Assembly (NCBI GenBank): GCA_017499595.2
Contig: CM038998.1
Span: 1,860,001 to 1,924,000 of the forward strand
Length of the DNA: 64,000 nt
Direction: 5' to 3'
DNA from: Psilocybe cubensis
Lineage: Eukaryota
Part shown: in pieces, positions 38,548 through 53,367 of the stretch
Layout: the number at the start of each line of letters is the position of its first letter
How positions within the stretch are numbered: the stretch's first letter is position 1
The notes under the pieces: generated by a model
What the model saw: the letters and a program-made list of their open reading frames with translations, nothing else
Told to the model about the DNA's origin: nothing
Database searches by the model: none
Position numbers and translations under genes: made by a program

Positions 38548-39056
38548 TTGAAATGTTGGGGAATGGGTACAAGTGAGACAGTTTCCGCCTTCATACAGGT
38601 TATATGTAAACAACTTGCGAGATAGTATGAGAAATCCTGACAGCTTGAATTTAAAAATAGAAACACTGGCTCATGGAACCGGCATTCCTTTCCGTGTCCC
38701 AAGTACTCTCGTTTGCGGTTGCCGGTTGCATATCCGAGTCCGAGTAAGTATAGTAGCTTGAAATTATTGGCAATGACTTTGGCCAATGCACGCGACTGTT
38801 CCTCTCGGCATTCAGATGACGTCATGGCACTGCGCTAAATATGCAAACATGCATGCGATTACAGGCTCTATATGGGAGTGACCAACGGAAACAAAATGCG
38901 AAAGGGTGCTCTAACATAATGTAGCTCGGTCAAGTTGCCAGGCAAGCAGGGAGATCTTGTCGCTTTCTGCTTTATCTATAAGTTATAACCTGAACAAGTA
39001 GAAATATGGTGCAGCGTCCATCACGCTAGACATAGGCTAGACTAAAACGGAATACG

Positions 39057-40338
39057 TTAATGAAGATAGGTGGGCAAAACTTCGGCGACAGTCCGCAACG
39101 GTCCATTAGGCCCAAAATGTCGAATAGCATCTTGCAGTGAAATATGATCCGGCGGCATAGGTTGATTAATAACATTGTCGAAGCGCAACTGTTCAACCTA
39201 TAAATGTACGTGTGGGGGCAATGGGGTAAATGGAGTAAAGTGACGATGTATAATCAGTTTATACCGACATGATCAAATTTAGATGTCATGCAACACACCT
39301 GGGATCGCGTTACCGTAAACAGGTTCACAGGAAGTTTTTCCAAAAGAGCGCCTTGCAAAGTTCCAACAACAAAGGGTAAAGAAATAATGAGACGTTTCCG
39401 TCCCGTTACATCCAGCACCATTTGCATCAGTTCCTTATATGTAAACGCTATGTCGGAATCACATCAGGTTGAACCTGAACCAACACCAACACCAGCTTAC
39501 TTTGAGGACCGCCGGCTTCAATCACTCTGCCTTCAAACAACTTCAGAAGGCGAGTGTCTTTACTTGTAGATAGATAGGCGACAAGTAGGGCCAGATCCCC
39601 TACATATATAGGCTGGAAACGGGCTTTTCCCCCGCCAAAAACGGGCAAAAACGGAAGAAAACTCGAAAGCCTAGCAAAACGCTGCCGATTGTGAGTGGTG
39701 TTCAACAAGTAGATGGGCATTAATCAATCAAAGCAAGCCGCACGTTAAAAAAATCATCTTCTGGCCCGAAAATAAGGCTTGGACGAATTATCGTTGAGCT
39801 GGGATCGATTCTGAATATGGAATTTTCGGCCATGCCTTTGGTTCTCCAGTACGGTATACTGCTATGAGGATCTGCGCCAATGGCACTGATATGTATTAGT
39901 TTCGCACCCGCCTCTTTTGCCGCCCTTGCTACGTTTTCTGCGCCTTGAAGCTGTATCCTTTCAAACTCTTGAGGTGTGCCATGCATAATTCCAACAAGGG
40001 ATACTATCACATTAGCCCCTTGAAATGCGGTCTGAAGGGTCGACGGATTGGTGATATCAACAGATACAGGTGGCAAAAGATAGTCTTGTGGGATGTTTTT
40101 GTCGAATTGAAGTGACTCAAAGATTTTGGAAGGGTTACGAGAAGATATTTGGATCCTTACGGGAAGCCTTCCTTGGGCCGTGTTAGTCGTAATTGACTTG
40201 GCAATATGGCGACCTGAATTAAATAGAGCAGTTGTTCACAGAAACACAGCCGGAGTCAGCAGCTAAACAATCTCGATATGCATACAGATATGCACCTAAA
40301 AAGCCAGCACCACATAGAACAACTTTTCGACAGGACAT
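39057..40338 (-). CDS. NAD(P)-binding SDR, NDUFA9-like epimerase/dehydratase
   Basis: MSCRKVVLCGAGFLG (Rossmann), VSLVGI, LIHISAIGAD, YWRTK, IIRPSLIFGPED, FQPIYVGD. Confidence 0.88.
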
Positions 40339-40593
40339 TGTGTTGGTGACGTCTTACAGTAAAGCCCTGCGTTGGATAAGGAGCTGATTTACGTAAGACG
40401 CTTGAACAGAACCAACAAGACGAACCAGAAAGGGCACATGATATTGATAAGGGTTGGATTTTGTGCTGTCAATCATTCTTGATGCTGCAATAACGCATTG
40501 ACAAACGATAACAAGCACATCGTACACGATATTTGTTTTGAATCGTTGGAAGGGAGCTACTGAAGATGTTTCCGTACTTATTGATAACGTTGC

Positions 40594-42453
40594 CTACACT
40601 ATACCTGATGAAAAAGTTTCTGCATCGCCAATTACCACGACACCGCTATCTAAACCGTGACTTTTGCTGCGACTACGTTTTTTAACGGTGGATTGTACTG
40701 GTGTGTTTTCTACAGAATCGTTTTCAGCGGGAGGTATCTGGGGAAGTGGCGTCGGTGCACGTATTTCCGGCACAGGACCTGTAAAATCCTTGCCAGTCAT
40801 TCTGGAGAGCGTTGTCATGTCTGGAAACCTCAATCAGATGACAACAGCCTTTAAATCTAACGGAGAGTATGATATTCACCAACTGGGATACTGTTATTAA
40901 GACAGTGGTTGATTCTTGCATGATTTCTTTTATCTTCCACTTTGAATTTGTTTTTACACGATTTTCTATCGCGACCGGGCAGGACATAGGCAATTAGCTC
41001 ATAATTTTCCCCATATTGAGAAAGAGCCTGAAAATTAGTCAGAACGAAAGTCGAACAACTTTAGACGAACACATACATCATAAAACAACTCGGTTTCCTC
41101 AGCACTCCAGCGCGAGCCACGGTAGCGTTTGCTATAGGTCCCAGAATTCACAAATTTGGTATGGTCCGACTCAACAACATGGGTATAATTCTCTGTCCCA
41201 TCGTCTTCGACACGATCTACCACAAGGGAGTTTTCATCAATTATTGTCTCGCCATTTGGTCCGATGCGAACTTGAACATTGAAACGACTTGTTGTTAAGT
41301 CTTGGGAATAATCGAAACCATTTCCTGTATCATCTGTGACGGTATGATGGGCGGAAGCATTCTCTTGTGCTGGCGTGGTACCGTTTTCTGCAGTGGAAGA
41401 TTCTGCGTTCAGTTCCGCTTCCGCTTCCTCCTCTCTTCCATATTTCTTTGCTTCCATTATTTGTTTCATGCGTGCTCTTTTTTCACGGTTTTTTATTTTC
41501 CAAGCTGCGTGGTTGCTCAGTATTTCAGCAGCCTTTTTACTAACTCTTCCTTGACCTGTATCAGTGCACAATGAGGCCATCGTAACAGTTGTCGGGTCAA
41601 TATCCTCCCCTGGGTCGGCGTCGGGGTCGTAAGGTGGAGGAGATGGTACGCGTTTTCTAGGACGTGGTGTGCTGCTAGAGGCACGAGAGCGGGGATGTTT
41701 CGTAGGAGGTACATCCTCTGCATTTTCGACATCTTCCCCTTCTTGACTTTCTCCCTTGCGCCGCTTCCGCTTCTTGGAGCCAGTCACTTCTAGACTTTTA
41801 CGGCGACCTTTCCCTTTCGCATTATGATCCAATGGGTTCGCCTCGCCTATGGTGGCAGTCGCTGAATTGGAATTCGTTAGCGCTGCTGTAGGGTTTGCTG
41901 TGGGTTCTCCTGTAGATTGGGAGGACCTAATGCTACTCAAAGGAATGGCCCTCGATTCATCAACTTGTATTGATTCTACAGAAAAACTGTCATGATTGAT
42001 CGTGGAGTCCACAGTATTCGTATGGTTATTACCATTAGTGGTAGATCCGAGTGAGCTGATGGGCCTCGAATTCGAAGTATTGCGAGTCTGCACAATAATT
42101 GGAGTAGACCGTCGGATGGGTACAGTGGGAATGCCTATAAGTGATGCAGCTGCCGTAGGGACTGGAGGAGGAGGCTGGGAAGGTATAGTGAATGGATCTT
42201 GAGAACAAACGTTTATCCTGTTGACCGGATCTGGCTCTGGCTGCTGGCTGATGGAATGCTCTTTCTGGTTTCGACTTTGAGAGCTCGTCAAGTGAGACGA
42301 TGTTCCTTCTTCGTGTGGAGTTTCTTGTCTTGCCTCCAATCTGAGTTGCTCTCCGGCGGCAACAGATGCCTGTCGAGAGCTGTTCGCAGTCCGGGCCCTT
42401 GATTTCACCACTGGCCTGAAAAGGGTGCCACCCTTTTCTACACGAAACGTCAT
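40594..42453 (-). CDS. BDP1: TFIIIB B'' subunit Bdp1 (SANT/Myb-like domain); exact 3' end uncertain
   Basis: VTMASLC.DTGQGRVS, QVRIGPNGETIIDENSL, VNSGTYSKR..RWSAEETELFY, YGENYELIAYVLPGRDR, FKVEDK. Confidence 0.88.
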
Positions 42454-42685
42454 CAGATCGGAATAAAGGGCACAAGGACAAAACTATACTTGCGAACGCG
42501 ACTTGACATTGTAGGGTCTTGTAGTGCCACTCGCTGAGTACGAAGTCCTGACTAGTGACTCCTTTGTGAAGTACACGCGAAGCTTAATCAAAGGAACAGT
42601 CCGGTGGCTGTGCCAATGCAAATAATCCATACTTATGCAATGTAATCAAACAACAAGCGTCAATAACGCGTATTCAATCTCCCCC

Positions 42686-44522
42686 ATGGACAACACGACT
42701 CCAACTCCAACTCCAACTCAAAATCAAAATGTGGTCCAGCCCAAGAAGCCGGACCTTATGCTTCCAGTGGGAAAGAGAAATTGGGATCTGGAACAAGAAG
42801 GTGAAATTCATAGCGTAGCCGCCAGGTATGTACTTTATATTCTTTTTAATCCAGTTCATCTGACTGCACTTGTGCCAGCGGTGCGCTACTAAAGTCTTTA
42901 CGACAGTGTAGGTCACAACCATATATAGAATCATACAAGTCTTGATATGTCGAAATCATTCATTCAGCTCGTGAACGCTGGCTTTTCCACACCTTTCCCA
43001 AATTCTCTAGTAAAAGCCGAGGCAACAAGGCATCATTGGCTGATGTTACGCCCCTTAATCATACTATTCATACGCAAGGGAAATGCGACCTTGAGATTGG
43101 CCCTCAAAAATTTGAAGATACATCTTTTTTCGCAGTCCATTATCTTTCTTCCCCTGCTTCATTTTCTCAACCAGCAACCTCTCAAAATACGGTACCCAAC
43201 ACTGCAAGTTGGCATTCCAATGTTCCTTACGGGTCCCCATACACATACACAAACGCTGCACCTCCTCCAACGTCCATCCAATCTAATATCTCATCTCCCC
43301 AGGCTCAGCCTGGAACTCCCTTGAACCCTCTCATGAATTCACTCACCGCCGATTCAGTTCCTAACGGGTTGGTTTATCAAGTCAACTTGGCGGCGTCTAC
43401 AAACCCAATTTTATCCAATCTTCTTCAACTTGCAGCTGCACGTCGTGCAACCCCCGATCAACTTCAGACCCTTGGTCTTCTCATCCAGTCTCTTCCCAAC
43501 ATTGAGTCTTCACTTGCTGCTTGCGATGTACCTCCTGCCGCTGAACCCTTACCTCCGCCTACCAATTCCAATCATTATCGAGCACAACCTCCTGCGAAAG
43601 ATTTTGACCTAATACTTGAATACCGCGAAACGCCAAACGAACGGTGGATTATACCTAGAGGATGTTATCCTGTCGCGGTCAAGTCCGGTTCAGATATTTT
43701 GCTAACAGTCTGTGTAGTAGGAAAACAAGAGACCCCTTCCATACCTTTAAGCCGAGTGGTTCAAGATCCCGAATCGCCTGACAATTATGACCGCCCTGTT
43801 ACCATCACCCTTAAGAATGCGCCTTCTAATCTTTGGGATACAATCATGCGATGGATAGGAGGACACGAGAAAATGGAACTCAACAAAAAATACCAAGATA
43901 GCTTGGTAGAAACTTTGTTCCTCTGTAAATGTATACATTATCCTAATTTTATTGCAGACACCCCCGCAAAGATTATTCCTCGGATTGCAACTCTCTTCCA
44001 ACGAATCTGTCCTAGCTCAGCTTCAAGCGGTATTCTCGTTCCTTATGTTTCTGTTATCTCTTTAATATCTCTTACCAGGCCTCAACTCAACCTTTCTCCA
44101 TGAAAACGTTGAAACAAGGACCAACAACACATTCCCGTCGGCCTGGTCGTGCTAAAGCCGGAAACACCCAGCGACGAACTACTGCAACTCACCAAAAACC
44201 TGGAAGCCAACCTTCTGAGGCGGCAGCCAAAAAAAGTCGTATTATGCAGGCCAGGTTTCCACCCTCAACACCGATACAATGCTTATCCTGTAAACAAGGC
44301 GACGTTCCTCTTCTTCTGGGTGGAAGTATGTTCTCTCCTCATCCTGGAGGTTACAATCTAACCAGCAATTCAGGGTATTGTCGCACATGTGTTGAGTCTG
44401 GAAAATGGAAGAGTGATTTGGCCCAGTCCATAACTCCGGTACAATTTGTTCAGTCACATCTACAGTCTCTACAGCCGACGATGCCTGTGACTCCTGCTGC
44501 ACCAGTAACACAAGATACTTAA
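42686..44522 (+). CDS. Hypothetical protein, weakly Swc3-like, with a C-terminal CxxC...CxxC zinc-finger-like motif; start could be 42635
   Basis: GKCDLEIGPQKFEDTSF, VNLAASTNPILSNLLQLAA..ATPDQL, DLILEYRETPNERW, CLSC...YCRTC. Confidence 0.55.
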
Positions 44523-44668
44523 TGTGTGACAACACTATATAAGTTCAATGTATGACGCTAAGCTGTATCATCAACCTCATTGTATCTTGTTTACTGAATC
44601 GCGCTACTTCATGGAATACTGTATATCGTCCTATACTATGAATTATATCAGATCCCCTCTTTTTCTTG

Positions 44669-47600
44669 TCATGCCCCATCGATTTTGAACATTGAAAAGC
44701 TACCCACGAACGCCGGTGATGAAGATAAGCGGTGTAGGATAGTGTTGCTAACATGACTTCTTCGGCTAGCACGCAGGTCAAAAGCTAATCGACGAGCCAT
44801 AGCTGTACTTGATTCGCCTAACAGCGGCTCATCATCATCTGCCTTCATCGCTATTTGAGATAGCTCTAGTTGCAATGTAGCGTTGAGGGCGGATGAGACT
44901 ACTGCTATCATGAGATCAACCGTCATATCTTGTTCAGAAGGCTGCATATCGGCAGAGGCGATCAAAGTCGGAAGGACAACATGCAAGAATATGGGTAACA
45001 GTGGTGGTATACTTCTTCCTTGTGGTGTAGCAAGCACAAATGTTGCAACACGTCTGCAAGCTTCAAGTTCCCTTTGATTAGCCGCCGTTCGTAATTCAGT
45101 CCAAAAAAGCTGCAAGAACTTGATTGGGGGGGCAATATTGAGGCATCTTCTGATGTCCAAATAGGGAGCTTTATTGGTCCGTGCCATGAAAAAGGTTTTT
45201 TGAAGGGATTGTTGTACGTGCGGGTACCAAAAGGAACCGCTTGGTGGAATGGCAAAGTCTACAAGGAATCAATGAGGATGTGATCCAAGATTGTGCAATA
45301 CAAACTACCTTCGACTGCAGAACCAATCGCATTTGCGAGGGTGACTCGCACCGCGGATATATCAAAAGATTTCGGGACTTGGATTGGTCTTCTTTTGTCT
45401 TGAAGGATGGTATTGATTTGCGGAGAGCAAATGGCTAAGACACATTTGGGGCATGCAGGGGACAATAATAAAGCCTGGATGATTTCGTAATGAAGTGTTG
45501 CCCCTGTTCTGTTAGAAATTGGTCAGTAAACATTCCTTGTGCTAATAAGATAGATAGAATTTGATGTCTGACCCTTTCATGGGGATTTCCTTTACAAGAG
45601 CTTTGATGGCACCCACTAATGTCCAGTTTAATAACGGCCCGTTGAAATACGAGATTCCATTCATCACAGCATCCTTTTCAACTTTTTTCGTAGTAACAAA
45701 AGTGAACAAACCAGGGGTGATTTGAAGCAGAGTTTTGGGCTTTGTTGTTCTAGCCAATCATTACAACGGTAAATCCATTGAAACAGTCATAGGCAGTCTT
45801 ACCGGAGCATGCTGTCCTCTATTCCTTCGCTGTCTTTGTTAAAAAGATTGCCATACCAGTTTGATATAGCCCTGAGCATTTCTTGAGGGCGGTCTATCAA
45901 TCTTATCGCCCAATCGTGAAGGAGATATCCCAGAGTAATGGTTCGGTTGTTTTTAGACATATCTTTCGCATCAAACTGAAAACAATGTAGAATTAAACAG
46001 CTGCCAACAAGAAGGGCATAGAAATTGGGTCGGGACCTTGAACCGTATGGTTGCGAATTGGATAAATAGAACAACGTTTCCAAAATGACTGACAGCTGTT
46101 TGAGGATCACCTGGGACGAACATAGTCTGTGATCTCATACAAAACAGTGCATCGATAAAGAACTCACCAACTGTTTCGCAGTCATAGTCCTCAACGAGGA
46201 CCGCCGAGTGAAAGATCAAATCCGATATTGGCTGATGAAGAGCAACGATATCTAGTATGCTCTCATGTGTATGTAAAAGCTTGCACAATGGACCTAAAGT
46301 GTCAACGTCCAGAGACTTTCCCGAGGTCTCAAACCTCTGGTAAGACAGAAATCAATATTCTCTATGTAATATAGATTAATGCCCGCCATACCATGAAGAT
46401 ATGCTTGGAGAATGCGCTGTGAATAGCAGCGTCTTTGACAAACTTATCTACCCATGTTTGGGAATCGTTGTCGGCCCCGCTATCTTGCAATAACTTCAAT
46501 TCAAGGTATGCCTACCAGAAAGATGGATATGAATTTACAGGTACGCATCCATGGGGAACGGTACCTACAGCGACGTCGAGGCCCATGTCATGAGCTTCGA
46601 TATGCCATTTTGGCAGTTGCTCGTTAGACACCATCGGATCAAGTTGAGCAGCCTCTGACGGTGATAGCAAATTGTATTTTATGAGCTGTTGCAGAAATTC
46701 TCGCGACAGTGACCGGGTACTGCTCATAATTGTCAATTACAAAAGTTGACTACAACACTTTAGGCTTACCTGTTATCTTCGGGGGCCTCAGATGTGATAT
46801 CCTTAGCTAAATTGTTACCTGGAACTAGGATGTCGTATCTTTGAAACAGTGCTTTCAAGCCTGCAAGAAGCGGGGCATCCTAATAAATCAAGACACATCA
46901 GGATCGGAGCAAAATAAAGCAAGATGAGTTATATCAATAACCTGATTCACATTAGCGATGCTTTCAGTTTTCACAATTTCGGGGGAAAAAATACCGAGAA
47001 GCTCAGGAAGCTGTGATTTACCATGTACGTATACTTAGACCAAAGGTATAAGAGCACGTGAATAGGAGCAAAACTCACGCGTCCAACAAGGAAGGCTTTC
47101 CATACCCCGGTGTTGCTACCAGCTTGGGATAGACAAGTAAATGCCGAAATCAACAGCTGAGTGTAAAAAACAGTCGGCGTCCAGGACGACCAGCGAAAGT
47201 TTGAGAGGAGTAACGCCGCAGCGTTCTGTCCATCTGCAGCGCCGAAGGGATAAGCCCTGTTCGTAACCTTCATGATGAGAGAAAGGTTACTTCACTTGAA
47301 ACGGGTAAGAATATATCAATAGCCTACCATGTAATTAAGTAGCAGTCCTAAAGATATCATATCGCTTTCTGAATTTGGGCCCAGAACATCTCCCTTTGCC
47401 ATGCTATGTTGTGCTGTATGCATCAACTGAGCATCTCGGGAAACTTTGTCACTGTCAATTAGATATGATAGCCGTACAACGATTGTGTCAAGGGTCTCTC
47501 GTGCCTCCGGTATAAGCTGGGATGTAGATGATACAAAGCTAGACTCTCGAAGAAGATGCATGGCTTGGTCAGGTGGAATTGCAGAAAAATCAGGGATACA

Positions 47601-48241
47601 CATCATCAAAAGACCAACAAGATTATTCACAGACGTCGTAACTCGATGAAAGTGTGAAATAGGGAGGGAATGCGCCGTTCGAAGCAAAGCAATAGCATCT
47701 ACAAGAGTGTTCACAGTGTCTGATAAAGAATTGTCGAGTGGAACAATAGAGCCGATGGGTAGCTTGCCAGAAGAGTAGTATATGTCTAAAGCAATTTGAC
47801 ACAATGTATCCAGTGTGACCGGAATATGGAGATCTGAAGATCGAGCAGCTTGAAGTAAGGTGGAAACAAATGTAGAAAGGGGAAGCAATCCATCTTGAAT
47901 GGCAGTTTTGAGGTAATCTTGTAAACTAGGGTCTCCTGGGTAAGAGCGGTAAAGAACGAGGATCGAGTCTGTCAAAGTAAAAGGTTATAAAACATATAAT
48001 CGTAGTTATGGAAGAAACGAGAGTTACTGCTAATGTTAATTGCTGCTTGGCCGGCACTTTCGAGCTGAATTGGAGGTTTGTTGGCGACCAAGAGTTTACA
48101 TAGTGCAAGCCACTGGTACGATGTTCAATTATGAGCCTCTGAGGGTTGGATCGAAATTCTCAGGGTTCAAGATTCATGACATGCCTTTGTTGCCGAGAGA
48201 CCACTTTCAAAAGAATTCCGCGTCAAATCGTTGAAATACAT
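44669..48241 (-). CDS. MED5: Mediator subunit Med5 (Nut1)-like, many exons
   Basis: MYFNDLTRNSFESGLSATK|WLALCK, NSILVLYRSYPGDP.LQDYL, WKAFLVGR, DYDCETVGDPQTAVSHFG, LFNKDSEGIED.MLR, YFNGPLLNWTL. Confidence 0.75.
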
Positions 48242-48649
48242 ATGGATAGTATAAGGCTGGTCGCTGGAACGGTCACCAAATCTTGTCAACAAAAGCAGGC
48301 CATAATTACACACCAGATACTCAAAATTGGAAGAGTAGAATTGTTCAGTAGCCAGTCTTTTTTATCTGTGGCCTGACAGAAAGACTTCCAAAGTTATTTT
48401 GATTGGTTTGTATTGAGCGTTGCAGTCATGATGAAAACTCAGGCTGGGCCATTAAATCGAAGTTTATACAGGTTTAAATCGCATGTCGTGACCATTCAGC
48501 TTTCGGCCCGTGTTACCGGCAGCGTGCATCACTAATCTTGGGGACGGGCAACAAGCTTTGAGGTCGTCAAAATTACAATTAATTATCATATATAACACAT
48601 AATAATTTACATCCAAACACTAGATTACGTTGCACCACTCTTTTAAATG

Positions 48650-51600
48650 TCATGCCCAGAATTTCACAAGCCAGCCCGACCACCAGGTGATGACTCCCAG
48701 CTGCAGAAAAACAATGGCGAACTCAACAATAACGGCGAGCCATTGGATGATAATGATTAACCAAAAAAATGGTAATGATATCCATCGGACACCATCATAT
48801 GGAATAAGATGTAGTCGAAAGTGCAAAGAGGATGAAATTGCCGCCCGCAGTTGGAGAAAGTTGACTCCGATAGATAGATTAAAGAAGACGACGAGCCCAA
48901 ACCAATGCCGACGGGAACGTTTAGGAATTGAATTTATGGGATAACTTTTGGCTTCGCCAGTAAATTCGTTCCGATACAAGGGTACAATGAGGAAGTCGCG
49001 AACATCCTCCCCTATCGTTTTCCCGTATGTCCTCCATAATGGAGTAACGGTATCAAGAAGAAGAGTCAAAGCATTCATTCCCAGTTCCCAAACCTGTTGA
49101 TATTGATCTTTATAGCTTTCTTCCAAAGCTACGATGTGAGAAAGCTAAATAAATATTATGAGATAGCACATGATAACAGAGCCGGCTCATACACACCTCT
49201 GGATAGACAATTGAAACATGAGACATCGCAGAATTATAATTTTCCTTCACACTGGTGTGGATGTTCTGAACTGATTCAAGCACGCTCGACACTTTTTCAG
49301 CCTGACGACCGATTTCTGTCTTCTGAAATTGTAGGGATGCAAGGGCCTCGACGATGTTTTCCATGGGTTCATCCATGATACAACCTCGACTGACCTCTTG
49401 GTCAGTAAAGGATTGGATAAAAGCTCTGAAAACGCTGCGCTGCTTTTCAACTCGTTGGTTTATGTCTTCTACCGCCCGCCATCCGCGATCGCGTCGTGTG
49501 GCACCGGTAACAGCTGAAGGATCATGACCAAATGCTTCCAAGAGGTCTTTGGGCAGTTGGAGTTTCGTAAGATTTTGGGAATGCATTGAAGTATTCTGGA
49601 TGGTATCGTAATCTTTCATCGCAGCCGAAATTCTATTGAGAAATTGCCTGATCCTATTGTTATGAGCAATCGTATCGTGCAAAAGGCTTGGAAAAAAATT
49701 AATGGGCAGTTCCATAAAATGTCACAAAGACTTACAGGGCTTTCATCTCGTACTCTTGACGAAGAATAATCTCTCTGTCGAGAATCTTTTTGCGTTTAGG
49801 GACTGGGCGACTGTCATCAAACGGGTCTTTCCGAGCTGGACGAGGTTTCAAAGAGGTTTTCAGAGATGATAGAGACTGATTTGCTGGAGAAGGTGTAAAT
49901 TTAACCTGAGAAGTTGAGCTTTCGCGAGAGGCAGTAAGGCTTGTTTTCAAGATGGGATCCGGATCAGGTAGAGGGGTGTTTTCACTGGAAGGAGGCTGGA
50001 CAGAGAGCGATGGTACAACCAAGCTTGATGGTATATGTTTTTCAAGATTACCATCGTCGGACGTTCCTGAAAAGGAACTGCCAGGAGATCGGGGTCGTTC
50101 CAACGTTCGACGAATGAAAGCTGCCTTAACATCGTCGTCATTGGAGCGCGTAGATATTGGCGATAACGGGGATATACCCGTATTGGAAGACCCCGAATGG
50201 AGACTATTTGGCCGAGATTCATAATTTCTACTTATCGCATCTAGGGAACTCCGATTGATTTCTACGAGAGGTTCAAAAGAAATTTGTTCGTCAACAGGCA
50301 TTCTCATGGAAAAAGACGAGCTTAAAGCACGAGGGCGAGAAGTCGATACAAACGACGGGGAACGTGCCCTTGTCAGCGATGCCGTGGGGTCTGAAACAGT
50401 CAAATCCTCGGATATTGTCTGCATACGAGCATGGCGGCTTTCTGACAGAATGTACTCCTTCATGATGTAGGCAGTTAGGTGCCATTTCGACCTCGTGTTC
50501 TTAAAGGAACGTTTTTCTAGATGTTTAAGCCAGGTGAAGGGTTCTGCCTTCTCCAGCGAAGCTTTGATGCTCTCCGGACAGGAATGATACCACCGAGAGA
50601 CGGCAGCAAGATTAAGCGGAGATCCAGTCTTCCCAATGGAGTCATATATTAAGTTGTATCGCCTCGCAAGCTGATCGCTCGTTATTTCTGCTTTTCGGAT
50701 GGTTTGTGCAGACAAAGAATCTTTTATTCGCGCAAGTTTCGCTGCATATCACTAGCTTTAGTTAGACACGCTGACTAAATAAAATCAGAACTTGCCCTCA
50801 TAAAAGTGTTCCTGTTGACCAACCATGAGCTCCAAAGGTGGAAGCTTTTCTCTATCTTTCTTTCTGCCAATTCCCATCCATCGTTTGTCCGAATCGTCCG
50901 AGTTGCTACCAGTCCAGTCCAAAGTGGTCCCATTATCGATAGAGGATGGTATCGGGTGTGATTCTTTTGCTTGATCATGAATTGCGGTAGAAGGACTAAA
51001 ATCAACTTCAGAAACCGTACTTCCACTCAGTTTACGATTTGTGGAGGGTGAAAAGGATGATGAGGTAAATGTTGCAGGAAGACCTTTTTTGGAAGGAGTA
51101 GACGATAATGCTGAAGACGGCTGTAGCTGCTCAGACCCTTTTTCTGGAGTAGAAGTAGCTTCCCGTTTCAAACGAGCTTCCCGACGAGCTTTCATTTTGA
51201 GAGCTCGTTGGACATCCTGAAGAATCCTGGGGTCTAATCATAGTTCATAAGAACAAAGGCCTCATGGCTTGAAAAATAATCACCTTCATGTGCTACGTGA
51301 TGTCTTTAGTTATTCGGTGTAAATGGGGGCTCATAAATACATACATAGGTCGTATTCATCCGAAAAAGTCCCACCTTCAGGCCCAATATCATTGATAGGG
51401 GTAAACTCAGAGTCCAATCGTCCTAAATTTCCTTGGGTGAATGAGGTTGTTCGCCTATGACGATTGAGGACATCAGAGGAGACAAGAACGTCAGAAGGCC
51501 TAGGTCGGCGACGAGGATCCACTGGGTGGGTAACATTCTGGGGATTCAAAGGCGACCCTCGACGCACCGGGGGGGTAAGTCCTGACTGGAGTTTTGTACC

Positions 51601-51732
51601 TTCCATACGAGGGCGCGAGGGACGAACAGAATACATTTCGTTGGGTGGAAAGTGAGCACGAGGTGGTGACCAACGATTATCCTTGGTGACAACAACTTCG
51701 TCCTCACTTCTGGCAGTTTGTGTGTTGTCCAT
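48650..51732 (-). CDS. Hypothetical protein: disordered N-terminus, coiled-coil region, two C-terminal TM helices; start uncertain
   Basis: Chain of long spliceable minus-strand ORFs (51331-51759, 50785-51195, 49732-50715, 49110-49715, 48650-49126) ending in hydrophobic segments. Confidence 0.7.
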
Positions 51733-52333
51733 GTTTACGTTCGGATATCTGACAGACAAAACGATGTGGAGTAACGAAGAATAGATCCAACTTTAAAGAC
51801 TTTCCAGTAGTGCAAGGACTACCCGCAATTAACCTGAAACCACGCCACTATGCACGTCCCGCTACACTGCGGTGTCTGCCCAGCTAGATGAGTAGGTTCG
51901 ATATTGACAGAACGCGAGTTGCTGCGAGCAAGAATGTTACACTGAAGGGATTTCCATCAAGAGGCCATCACTGGTACAGTATGACGGACACTGGCACCCA
52001 AAATGCCGGAGTCAACCAGCCGAGTCGCCGAGCCAATGACGAAGGCATTTAATTCTAGACAACAACTTGTTTGGTCCCTTTCCATTAGCACAACTCTATA
52101 TGTCTGCTAAGATTTTCTTTCTGTAATCTTGGTAAAAAGGCCCCATGTTGTTAATGTATTTAAATGAAGATATTATTGCATCAATTTGCCAGGTCAGATC
52201 CAAAGTCAACCATGAATGCGGGTTGGCAACAATTACTGGCGTCAAATGAAGCATGCCCGAGCATGGAAGACAGCGATTTCACAAGCGTATTTTCCAACTT
52301 TCTACTTCATTAAAATGCAATGTTTTCATATTT

Positions 52334-53367
52334 TCAACCAAATCGTGGTAATCGACGTCCAGGCGCCTTCCTCTTATTTACTAGTACACGGAAGAACATG
52401 AACGCAGTCAGCCCAGAGAGGGAGAACCTATTCCGTTATTAGTATATGAACACTGGCATCCGTCAAGTTACTTACCATGTAATTACGTAGGAAAGATGCG
52501 AATTCCGTAGATCCACAGTAGGTGCTCGTCCAACAGGAATACCCTTTCCGATTCTAGTGTGCGCCTCTCCAGCGTGTCCCTCTAAAGCTAGAATGAGAAA
52601 GGAAGAGTCGATACGCGTGCTACCCACCAAAAATTTGCTCAACGAAGACCGGTTGAACACCTGCGGCTTCTCCACCAGCGTAGTTGGCCATCCTGTCGAC
52701 ATCCGTCCAATACCATTTTCCTTGGTCCGGATCATTGTCCGGAGTGAATAGATTACGGGGTTGAGACGTCCTGAGCATGCCCAGAATTTCCACTTCTCCA
52801 GTTTCTGCGTTCAAAGTTTCCGAGGAAAGGGAGTCTTTTGACACGAACCCTCTGTCCACTATGATAGTAGATCCATTTTCTCGGATGAGCGGGGTTACAA
52901 CGTGAAAGCCATGAATGCCATCGCGTACGCGAGGTGAAAGTAACATGGTATGAGCATGATCCCATTTCCCTTTAATACTAACCCGACGAAAAACAAATTC
53001 TGGTATTACGGAGAGACTGCACGTTGGCAAACTTTAGTGACTGGGACACGCATCGAGACGGAAGAAATCGGCTGAACTTGATATTTGGAGGAAGAATAAG
53101 AGGTTGCAGTTGCAGCTTTTCTTCTAATTCGTCTATGAGGTTGATTTTCCATTTCAGACGCTGAAGTTGCCATACACCAAGAGAAAAGGTGAATATTGGC
53201 ATAAATCCGACAAGGATCATAGTCGGTTTTATCCATGACTCTTGACGGGCTTTATAAATTGCAGGAACGGAGATTTTTGGGCGAGAGAGCCAAGATGCTC
53301 TCAAAGATGAGTTGTGGAAGCATCGATGCGGAAAAGCAAAGTCTTTAGGAAATAAGCGTTTGAACAT
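52334..53367 (-). CDS. SHY1: SURF1/Shy1 cytochrome c oxidase assembly factor
   Basis: FSLGVWQLQRLKWK, EFVFRRV, GFHVVTPL, IVDRGFV, FTPDNDP..WYW.D, LRNSHLSYVITWFSLS; stop at 52334. Confidence 0.95.

Noticed and set aside
48400-48570. ATGATGA (C-box-like) and a GC-rich stretch suggesting a snoRNA or other ncRNA
   Set aside because: No matching terminal D box or stem and no recognisable U3, SRP or MRP motifs. More simply explained as MED5 upstream sequence or the 3' region of the neighbouring gene.
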